A stretch of 64,000 nucleotides of DNA, taken from positions 896,001-960,000 of the forward strand of contig BK006941.2 of NCBI GenBank assembly GCA_000146045.2, written 5' to 3'. The notes under the pieces were generated by a model. It was given only the letters and a program-made list of their open reading frames with translations. It made no database searches and was not told the origin of the DNA. How positions within the stretch are numbered: position 1 is the stretch's first letter; each line of letters begins with the position of its first letter. Below, one piece after another: positions 54,900-64,000 of this stretch. Source of the stretch: TPA_inf: Saccharomyces (lineage: Eukaryota). The position numbers were made by a program, and so were the translations under genes.

Positions 54900-55893
54900 T
54901 TTATACTAAAAAATTCTGCCAAGTTGTCGCCTATAGAACGAATGTGCGTTTATTTTGTATTTTCTTTGCGTATTGATAGTATAGCTAGTCCTTGTATATT
55001 TTCAATTTTTCGATAACTTTAGTCGAACACGAAAAAAAATAATTAGCGGATTTAATTTTGTACCTTTATTTTCAACAGGCTTGATTCTTGAATGGCGTAT
55101 TTGCAAATATTTCAATATTGAGAGAAGCTAAAATTTCTAAGAATGGACTTGCGTTTGAAGATTGCGTAGCAGCGCAAAGAATTGATTAAAATGTAATTTA
55201 CTCTGGAAAGAAAACACAACCTTTTCAGTTGCGGTGCAAAAACATTCTTTTGATCTCGAAGTAGGAAAACTGACATTAGAAAAAGAAAAAAAAAACAATC
55301 TGCGAATTATGCATTTCTTTTTTTCGCTTTTTTATTTTCTTTTTTCTTTTTTTCGACCTCCAATAGGGCTTTGGAAGCCCTATATGTAATCTAGGGTAAT
55401 GACATATGTCACGTGCTTTAGGGCTTGGTGCCTTTATTTTTATGATTATGTGACAAGGATCTAAGGGGGTTTTCCAGATACGGGAAAAAATAAATAGTAG
55501 ACTATCCTAAAAAGGAATGTAATTAACTTATGATGTACAAACGGTGGTGCAATGCATGTTAAGCCCTGCAGGTAAATGGATCAGTGCGGAGTACGCATCT
55601 TTTGCGATGTTCCCATGTAGATTGGAGCCTCTCTGCTTCGTTCTAACTCTCCTCCGTTGTCATAAAGGCCTGCGATTAGTAAGGTGGAAGGTATCTGAAG
55701 TTAATGCTAGGATTTCAAATGTATACCTTTTTATTCTCTTGAACAAATAACGAAATCCTCTACAAAAGGTTTCTATTGAAAGTTCCCAATAAGCAGCAAA
55801 TTCTTCTTCCTCTACTTATCTGTGATTTTTTTTTAAAAAAAGTTAATCAGAGGCTACTACATCATTGCGCTAAAAAAAAGTAACAGATTTGCG

Positions 55894-56307
55894 ATGTCAT
55901 ACGGCGGATCGGCATCCCAAGATATAGTGACAAAATTGATTAGAAAAATCCAAAATACGTCTGTGTCTTGCACCAGGAGGGATGAAAATCTAGATTCTTT
56001 TAATCAACACTTGAAAATGAGTCTTAAAGTTGCGCATAACACGAAGACATTTGCAAAGCATTGCCTTCATCGACAAGTATTCAAGAATACGTATCGGAAA
56101 AGAAAAGCAGTGGAAGATCAAAGGAAAAACTTGAACACGCAACTTAGGCAAAAATTTGCGTCGCCGTCAGACAATTTGCTTTCACCATGCTCTAGAAAAC
56201 TGAATGATCACAAGTCAAAACTTTTCTCAGCCAAATCGCAACCCAAAACACTGGAGTTTGTGCGGGGCAAACAGAATATACCACGCAAGCCGAATGTAGA
56301 CATTTAA
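55894..56307 (+). CDS. BNS1: Bypass-of-Net1-like small basic protein (Spo12 paralogue), 137 aa (YGR230W).
   Basis: A 137-aa basic, Ser/Lys-rich ORF, and size and position match BNS1. Confidence 0.7.
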   Translation: MSYGGSASQDIVTKLIRKIQNTSVSCTRRDENLDSFNQHLKMSLKVAHNTKTFAKHCLHRQVFKNTYRKRKAVEDQRKNLNTQLRQKFASPSDNLLSPCSRKLNDHKSKLFSAKSQPKTLEFVRGKQNIPRKPNVDI

Positions 56308-56547
56308 TTTAACGGATGATGATCATAAATTGGCCTATTTTTTTGCTGTATGTGTTACATATTATACTATATACGTTCTCCAACAATACAAGATGATACG
56401 GGGTAATACTCCTTATTCTTATTCTAGAAGACATACAAATATTTATGTTTTACGCATCGCTTTCTTTCCCTTTATTTTGTATTCACAAGTATATGGCATC
56501 TTAACATTGTTACTCAATTCTTAAAGATAATATCTAGCCTTCGCTAT

Positions 56548-57480
56548 TTATTTGCCCCTTCCATCGATTCTTGCATCCACTACGGTATTTAGCAACAATG
56601 CTTCATTATCCAAGATGACTCTATTTGGAGAGCTAGCCAAGATCTTTGCAATGTCCCTGGCTGTATCTAATCTTTTCAATTCCACGTAGTCTCTTGATTT
56701 CTTGATGGCTTCACCAATCAGTTCGGCGGATTTGGCTTCACCTTGTGCCCTCACTACCATACCTTGTTTTTCTTGTCTGGCTTTATCAACTACAAATGCA
56801 GCCCTTTGAGCATCTTGTTGGGCAATTTGCTTTGCTTCTACAGCGTTCGTAAACTCTGGCGAAAAAGTCATGTACGTAATAGAAACATCATCCAGTAGGA
56901 TATTGAATTTGCTTGCACGACGAACCAAATTCTCGCGAATCAACCTGGAAACTTTTTCTCTTTGAGTGATTAATTGTGACGCATTAAATTGGGCCACTAC
57001 AGCCTTTAAAACTTCATTAACAATGGAAGGCAACACTCTTTCATCGTAATCCTGACCTAAGGTTCTGTATATGGTGGGCAATTGCACCACATCCGGTCTT
57101 GAAAGTACTCTACAGGTGATATTCACCATTTGTAAGTCTTTGGTACCTGTTAAAGAAGCAACATTACGAGGTTTTGCTCTCACATCATAAATAATTGGTG
57201 TGTCAAGCCAAGGGAAAATGAAGTGAGTACCTTCATTAAATATCCTAGAGGAAACACCATGTATTCTGGAATAAACAATGGCTCTATGACCACCATCTAC
57301 ATTGAACAGTGCATTATTAATGAACAGTGCACCACCTCCGAGTAAAAGCAAACCTCCCAAGCCTGCAAATGCCCCCCTTGGTGAAGGCACTTGACCTCTG
57401 CCTCCGGTTTGCTGTACCTTGGACAATTGTTTTTGGAACGCCTTTGCGTACCTTTGGAACTCACCAGGTGATCTATTCAT
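56548..57480 (-). CDS. PHB2: Prohibitin-2, 310 aa (YGR231C).
   Basis: A PHB/SPFH domain protein. The ORF track begins 2 codons upstream (MLMNRSP...; ATG at 57484-57486). The recalled 310-aa Phb2 starts MNRSPGEFQRYAKAF at the ATG at 57478-57480. Either start is possible from the sequence alone. Confidence 0.85.
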   Translation of the reverse strand: MNRSPGEFQRYAKAFQKQLSKVQQTGGRGQVPSPRGAFAGLGGLLLLGGGALFINNALFNVDGGHRAIVYSRIHGVSSRIFNEGTHFIFPWLDTPIIYDVRAKPRNVASLTGTKDLQMVNITCRVLSRPDVVQLPTIYRTLGQDYDERVLPSIVNEVLKAVVAQFNASQLITQREKVSRLIRENLVRRASKFNILLDDVSITYMTFSPEFTNAVEAKQIAQQDAQRAAFVVDKARQEKQGMVVRAQGEAKSAELIGEAIKKSRDYVELKRLDTARDIAKILASSPNRVILDNEALLLNTVVDARIDGRGK

Positions 57481-57959
57481 CAGCACTAAATTATATTCTT
57501 TTCTAGCAGCCGCTTGCTTTTATTTCGTGAGCTACTAAAATACAACCTCCCCTGTAAAACTCTTCTGATGTCCTTTATGGTTTATGAATTGCCCTTTTTT
57601 GCTATTATTTCCCTTAGATGCCAAAATGAGCGATACAAGAAAAGTTTGCCACTCTATGTCGTTGATAGTGATTATGCAACACAATTACATGCAAGCTATT
57701 AAAATATCGACTAAACGGATACGGCCACATCGCAGTATTACTCATAGCAATAGAGGAAGTAGAAAGTATTTAAATGGGGCCACTCAAATTGCACACTGCT
57801 TTATGTAATCTGATTTCATTTCTATACAAAGAATATCTCTCTTACCCGGCTGTCAAGTATGATCGAAGGGCCCTTCATAAAAGGGTTCTTTAAAGAACGA
57901 TCAGCTGAAGCTGTGATAATAAATGCTACATAAATGCATGCCCTTAAAACTGTATAACC

Positions 57960-58646
57960 ATGTCTAATTATCCTTTGCATCAAGCCTGCATGGAAAATGA
58001 GTTTTTCAAGGTACAAGAGCTGCTACACTCCAAACCTTCCTTGTTGCTACAGAAGGACCAGGATGGCAGAATCCCTTTACACTGGTCAGTTTCTTTCCAA
58101 GCACATGAAATTACCAGTTTTTTGCTTTCTAAAATGGAAAATGTTAACTTAGATGATTATCCAGATGATTCTGGATGGACACCTTTCCATATTGCTTGTT
58201 CAGTGGGGAATTTGGAGGTGGTAAAGTCTCTTTACGACAGACCTCTAAAGCCTGATCTAAATAAGATAACCAATCAAGGAGTTACATGCTTGCACTTGGC
58301 AGTTGGTAAGAAATGGTTTGAAGTATCCCAATTTTTAATTGAAAATGGTGCGTCCGTAAGAATTAAAGATAAATTTAATCAAATTCCATTGCATAGAGCT
58401 GCGTCGGTGGGTTCTTTGAAATTAATTGAACTATTATGCGGTTTGGGCAAAAGCGCTGTAAATTGGCAGGATAAGCAGGGTTGGACCCCACTATTTCATG
58501 CTTTGGCTGAAGGGCACGGTGACGCAGCTGTATTGTTGGTGGAAAAGTATGGTGCAGAATATGATCTTGTAGATAATAAAGGCGCTAAGGCAGAAGATGT
58601 TGCCCTTAATGAACAGGTTAAAAAGTTTTTCCTAAATAATGTATAA
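57960..58646 (+). CDS. NAS6: Proteasome 19S regulatory-particle assembly chaperone (gankyrin homologue), ankyrin repeats, 228 aa (YGR232W).
   Basis: Seven ankyrin repeats (…GRIPLHWSVS…GWTPFHIACSVGN…TCLHLAVGK…IPLHRAASVGS…GWTPLFHALAEGH…). Length matches. Confidence 0.9.
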   Translation: MSNYPLHQACMENEFFKVQELLHSKPSLLLQKDQDGRIPLHWSVSFQAHEITSFLLSKMENVNLDDYPDDSGWTPFHIACSVGNLEVVKSLYDRPLKPDLNKITNQGVTCLHLAVGKKWFEVSQFLIENGASVRIKDKFNQIPLHRAASVGSLKLIELLCGLGKSAVNWQDKQGWTPLFHALAEGHGDAAVLLVEKYGAEYDLVDNKGAKAEDVALNEQVKKFFLNNV

Positions 58647-58673
58647 GATTTCAAAACTACATATTACAGAACT

Positions 58674-61600
58674 TTACATATCAATATTATTCTCAAAAAG
58701 CAACTCACAAGCGTAGTAGATCCCGCTGTAACCTCCATCAGCTGGTATTTGGTCATTTTCCCCGACCGATGCAATCAACAGTAGTCCGTTTTGTTTGATG
58801 ATCCTAGCCAACGACGGGCATATCTTCAGTACTTCATATGGAAGCGTTACACCTAACAAATTATTGTTCATAGCAAATTGAACCATTGTATGTATGTTTA
58901 TTAGTTCCGTGTTTAAATACGACATTTTTTGAGGATTTACGGCCAGTTCCTTTAAACAATTAGGAGTATCACCTACAAATTTGCCTGTGGTTGAATCTCT
59001 GAGTAGATTTTTCATTTGCAACAAAACCGGAAAATTGGGTTGTTTCCAGTTAAGGATCGAGCAAGCTTCCCAATTGCATGAACTGAAAACTATTTGGCGC
59101 ATACTCCCACTTCCGCTGTGACGCAAAAAACGTTCATGCTCGAAAATGATTAGTAAAAGCTTATCAATGAATTGATTGATATTTATAAATGGCGATATTT
59201 TGATGGGAATTGTGTCAATTTCCTTATCTGTAGGAAAATATACACGAATTACCAGCTGGGCTGACCCGGGAATAACTTCTAGTAGGCTTCTGAGAGGCAC
59301 CACTCTCGAAGATAAGTATTGTTTCAATGTTACTTCATCGAAGCTTCCATCAATTTTACCGAAGTCATAATCCACTACCTTTTCCAATTGTTCTTTCGTT
59401 AAATCATTTAACAGAATCTTCGTGCCTTTGAATTCAACGTATGGTTTTGGCGCAGCCACTATGGTTTCATCATTCAGAGCGCAAACTAATACACTAATAA
59501 AACTGCCATTCAACGATGAAGAAGTAACAAAATTACCGTCTTTACTAGAGGTCATTAAATCACTTCCTGTAGATTTCCAATACGGCTCATAATTTATGAT
59601 TTTCAGTGGATTTCCCGGATAAGGAAAAATAATTTGGTAATCCAAAGTGAGAGATCCAATATTATTTAGTCTTGTGTCGAATAAGGGTAAATTCATGGTT
59701 GCAATACTATTTATTGCCACCTTCTTGAAAAGGAATGGCATTGCCGTTGTTTTGGCAATTATCCTTGTGCCAAATGAAGGAAATATCTCGAAATCCATTG
59801 AAAAATCGTCGATTGAATCTACTTGGAAAATTATCTCTCCATCATCATGATCTTCACTAATTTCATCATCATCTTCTTCATCATTTGTTTCACTGATATC
59901 CTTACAAAAGTTATTAATTTCGCCAGATCTAACAGGTAAAATAACATTTCGCGGTATTATTTCAGGTAAGTTTGAGGATAAAGTAATTCTGCCTGGTGAT
60001 GATGACATAATAATGCCGTTATCCTGAGTCAACTTGATAGACTCGAGACCTGGCCTCAACTTTAATTTGATGAAAATTTTTTTCTCCAAAAAATTATGAC
60101 CATATTTCCTTAGTGGAATGATTGGCGGTGGTAAAGCAAAATCCGGAATGCTATCTTGAATGTCTAAATCAAATTTGTCATCATTTGGGGTTAAATCTAT
60201 TGTATTAAGGCGTTGCGTACTAGACTGCGAATTTATTTCATTCAGGGGTGCAGATGGCAAATTTAATGGTCTTTGTAAAAGTGCATTCAAAACATCAACG
60301 TGGCTCTCCCATAAGGCGTAAAAAAGTGGCGAATGGCCGTTGTCATCTTCAATATCCAGACGTGCATTATGTTTCAATAGTTCAGTAATAACTTCAGAAT
60401 GACCTGAACGAACAGCGTAAAAAATGGGCGTCCATTTATTAAACCCATCAATTTCGTTGGGATCCGCCCCATAACGTATCAATAGTTGAATTAATTGTGG
60501 ATCGCCGCCAATTTTTGCCACTATATGAAGAGTGCATAAACCTGTTGAGTTCTTTTTGAAAAGCGGTTGACACAAGTGTTGTGAACTTTTGTTCTTGGCA
60601 TTATCAGCATTTTGCTTACTCCGAATTTCTAAAAGTAACTTGGCGGCGTCATGATTATTAAATTTACAAGCAACATTTAAAGGATCGAACTGGACTTTAG
60701 TAGAGCTGATTACATTCTTACTATAATCCAGAATTGGCTTTTCAATGGGTGATGCGTTCGCACCACCAATAGTCAGCAGATCCCTAACAACATCTATGTG
60801 GTTGTTAGTGATAGCCAAAACCAAGGGTGTCTTAGAATCACTATCAATGGGATCAACGTCCTCTAAAAGATTGGTGATTAGCAACGAGTGAACAAATTCC
60901 AGTTTTCCTAGCTCTGCAGCATAATGTAGCGGCACCCGCGAATGTATATCTTGGGCATTCAGTAGTTTTTGTACTGTTTCTTTAGATAACTTTGATGTTG
61001 TTAAAGCCTCATCTAGAATAAATAAGCGTGATTTTTCTGGACAACTTGCAGCCTCGTGAAATACGTTTTTTCGTGAAAATACTTGATCATCTTCGTCACA
61101 ATATGACAGATCAATATGATCCTGATTGCTTTTATAGAAAATATGCAGAGAGTTATCGTCCAAAGGACTAGCCACCAGTAATAAAAACAGCGTCGTTAAG
61201 CACTCCTTCAACAAAGAAAAGACATTTTTATGAAAAGATTCTGAGGAATTTTGTAGCAGATATGTGAATATCTTGGTTTCTCTGAAGTTTCTTAGTAGTG
61301 CATGCTTTCTTTGAACATCTTTCACCGTGGCTATATTCAAAATTTCCTTATACCAGTTTTCGATTTCCATCTCCATGTCCAAGGAGGAGGAAGATGCTTG
61401 AAAAAGATGTTCAAGTTGGTTTTCCGAAATCTTTGATGTTGTTAATTCATAATTATTGTGTAATATGTTATTATTATTGTTGTTGTTGTTGTTGTTATTA
61501 TTATTGTTATTATTATTATTGTGTTTATTATTGTTGCTGGTATTATTGTCGTCATCATCGTCATTAGTAAACGTACTGGATTGTATGTCTGCCCTTCTAT

Positions 61601-62210
61601 TGTTGTTGTCAATATCATTCAGCTCTAAGAGAATATGTAAAGTTTCATCGTTTAATTTTAGTGGCCCATCTCTGGTAAAAATTGGTTGAATGGAAACAAC
61701 AGTAGCAAGGTAAAAATCTTTATCGTGAGATTGAGATCTCTTGTCCCATTTCTTCAGAGCTTTTGAAAATCCCGTTTTATTTAACTCAACATACTGCTCC
61801 AAATTTCTAAGATCCTTTTGAAACTTTTTGAAAGCCGCATATAAGTTTTTAAATGAGGTAGCTTGGTTTGAGTTTAGCTTACCATTTATCTTATAATCTT
61901 TATATTTTGAGTGTAATATATTGAATTTTATTCTTAAATCGGACTCTCTCGCCAAATAATAACCATTTACTTTTTCCAGCTCCCTCTCTAGTTTAAAAAA
62001 AAAGGCAGCTTTATTTTCTTGCAGTCTCTGATGTATAATTTTTTCGTCGATGTCATCTAATGTTAAATGCAAATCTAAATCTGAACTAGCCTTTAGCGTG
62101 GGAATGGCCAATTGTTTGATAAGTTTCTTTAGAGCCTTATAATCAATAAAATGGCTGTTGTACTCCGCCAGTTCCAACTGCCTGGCTTCCAAATACTTGC
62201 CGAATTTCAT
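58674..62210 (-). CDS. PHO81: Cyclin-dependent kinase inhibitor of Pho80-Pho85, with an SPX domain, ankyrin repeats and a GDPD-like domain, 1178 aa (YGR233C).
   Basis: The N-terminus is an SPX domain ([34 protein letters not shown]). A central ankyrin-repeat block and a C-terminal glycerophosphodiesterase-like region follow. An internal poly-Asn tract is present. Length matches. Confidence 0.92.
   Translation of the reverse strand: [1178 protein letters not shown]
61460..61570. repeat. Imperfect trinucleotide microsatellite ((ATT/GTT)n on the plus strand, equal to (AAT/AAC)n on the coding strand) encoding the PHO81 poly-Asn tract.
   Basis: The plus strand reads GTTATTATTATTGTTGTTGTTGTTGTTGTTATTATTATTGTTATTATTATTATTGTG.... 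On the minus strand it translates to [30 protein letters not shown] within Pho81. Confidence 0.9.
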
Positions 62211-62548
62211 TGCACGTTTATCTATCTATGTTGCCTCCAAAGGGTTATTCTCTCAAAAAGCTCAATCACTGTGGAACCGAAAAATAATGTTATGAAGATT
62301 TTTTGAGCAGTATGTCTTGTCAAAAGCTCAACTAGTGCAGCTGATGTTGCTTAAAAAAATAAAAACCAAATTTTTCTACTTTGCTCTTGTACGTTGCACA
62401 AAGAAGATTATGTAACAAACTTGAAGGGACTCTCAAAAACTTGCTATAAATTGTACAAAAGCCTCAATATCACCTAGTAGTGGTTCTATACCTGTCTCGA
62501 GCCATCGCCAAATAGTTGATAAATTTGATTAATTTCTGCCCTTATTCG

Positions 62549-62554
62549 CACGTG
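62549..62554. promoter_or_regulatory. Pho4-type E-box (GCACGTGCC) about 340 bp upstream of the PHO81 ATG.
   Basis: A CACGTG core with flanking G/C sits in the PHO81 5' region. PHO81 is a known PHO-regulon member activated by Pho4 through an upstream CACGTG UASp. Confidence 0.6.
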
Positions 62555-63779
62555 CCATAACACCTGTACCTCTCACGCTAAAGACCTTTATAATCAAGGA
62601 AACTTGTTGCTGCAGAGGAAATAGGAGGTAATGAATTGTGATAAGGCACATCACATCAATTTTTCTTGCATTCTTGCATAGAAAGATAGGCTGATGCAAT
62701 TAGCGCGTTTCAATCGCGTGCCAAAGACGTATATACTAAGCAATATAACCGAATTGATTAAGTAGTTGGTTAATTGTATATTTTGTGATAAAGATGGTTA
62801 ACTGACTTAGGCGGACATAATAGTAGAAAATCTATATAATTTTTCCCATGCAGTTGTTATTACAAAATGCAATTCTTGAGATAGCACAAGCAAGAATAAT
62901 AGGGCACGGTACGTTCATTCACGTAGCGTTAGCTAGTGCTGCCACAAGGTAAACGTACGATTATATTCATTTTTGAAACGGAAGTTCTTTGTAACCCTCA
63001 TGCTCGTTTGATAGTCACTTAACTACAAGATATTCTCGTTCAGTGATTGCTTGCTTATAAATCAGGAAACTTCATTTTTATTCCTTACATTTTCGAAAAG
63101 CCCGCAAGGTTTTCTTCGCCACGCTCAAGCATTCATCGTTGAAAAGCAAAACTGTGCACACTGTACCTTAGGCGACTCTTCTCCGAACAAGCTCATGGCT
63201 CATTTTTAAAATCACAAGCTTCGTATAATTGCCAAGACATAATCTAATTGAGAAGGTCAGACGGCAAAACAAATGACCGAAATCTTCGTTTATTGGTTCG
63301 CCTGCGTTGCCAACTGGTACATTTTCCCAGAGTACCAGCAAAGGAAGGCATCCTTGATGCCTACTCTGATACTGTGGAGGATTTAAACTGAAAATGATAG
63401 TCTGCGCGGCAAATCTTTCTATTTCTACTAAAGTTGGATCCTCCGGCCGATATAACGTATTCTTTTTATCCAATAATGTCAATTTTAAATGCTCGATTAC
63501 TAATCGTTACTAAAATAGCGGACGCGCTTATGCGTCTTCGACGGATAGTTTTCAGATCATCCCTCTCAGAAAGCAATGCAGGAACCGCCTGTAAAACTAT
63601 CTTTTGCTGGCACTCACACATTATGGTATTGATGCCACCTGAAAATACGGAAATTAACCATTCCTTGTACGGAGATCTAAGAGCAACTATTATTGAATTG
63701 TTGCCGTTAAAGTTTCATTTCAGTTCCGTGTGTGGTCAAGTACAAGACTACTGATGAAATATGTTGTACACACACGGAA

Positions 63780-63802
63780 ATATATATATATATATATATA
63801 TA
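63780..63802. repeat. (TA)n dinucleotide microsatellite about 100 bp upstream of the YHB1 ATG.
   Basis: ATATATATATATATATATATATA is read directly from the sequence. Confidence 0.9.
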
Positions 63803-63903
63803 ACAATATTGTGGGTTGAGGTGGAGACTTGATTTTTCTTATACAGTATATTCTTGTTCATTTTTTACCATTTTCAACAAACCACACAAAGACTTTATTC
63901 ATT

Positions 63904-64000
63904 ATGCTAGCCGAAAAAACCCGTTCCATAATCAAAGCAACCGTTCCTGTTTTGGAACAGCAGGGCACTGTCATCACGCGTACATTCTACAAAAATATGC
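63904..64000 (+). CDS. YHB1: N-terminus of flavohemoglobin / nitric oxide dioxygenase (YGR234W). The gene continues beyond the window end.
   Basis: The ATG at 63904 opens MLAEKTRSIIKATVPVLEQQGTVITRTFYKNM, the globin-domain N-terminus of Yhb1. Confidence 0.8.
   Translation, partial: MLAEKTRSIIKATVPVLEQQGTVITRTFYKNM

Noticed and set aside
61298-61689. Plus-strand ORFs encoding poly-Cys/Tyr and poly-Leu peptides.
   Set aside because: They are antisense readings of the (AAT)n poly-Asn repeat inside PHO81.
63168-63754. Two overlapping about 100-aa ORFs in the PHO81-YHB1 intergenic region.
   Set aside because: They have no recognisable motifs, they overlap on opposite strands, and they lie in promoter DNA. 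They are retained only as a low-interest note under findings.

Overview
This window reads as nuclear DNA from Saccharomyces cerevisiae, right arm of chromosome VII, running from the 3' end of YPP1 (YGR198W) to the 5' end of YHB1 (YGR234W). I recognised the genes from their protein sequences by memory, without a database search. The window is gene-dense, with about 35 protein-coding genes on both strands. Two genes are spliced: RPS0A and the meiosis-specific AMA1, whose intron carries a Mer1-type enhancer and a non-consensus 5' splice site. There is one Pol III tRNA gene, tRNA-Gly(GCC), with a Ty1 delta solo LTR and further LTR-like debris immediately upstream, the classic Ty insertion hotspot. 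The U5 spliceosomal snRNA gene SNR7 is present, is invisible to the ORF track, and is overlapped by a spurious 66-aa ORF. Identifiable cis-elements include a Pho4 E-box upstream of PHO81, paired Yap1 sites upstream of TRX2, a canonical 3-unit heat-shock element between YGR210C and ZPR1, and several CACGTG palindromes. There is also a coding (AAT)n microsatellite giving a poly-Asn tract in PHO81. I see no evidence of a prokaryotic-style or otherwise novel multi-gene system; this is an ordinary, well-characterised yeast region. The least-explained pieces of sequence are a GC-rich, inverted-repeat-dense block upstream of RPS0A (about 24190-24470) and a palindrome-rich block in the SMI1-BNS1 intergenic region (about 55330-55470). 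Several ORF-track ORFs begin at an upstream in-frame ATG; where I recall the protein length I give the shorter start.
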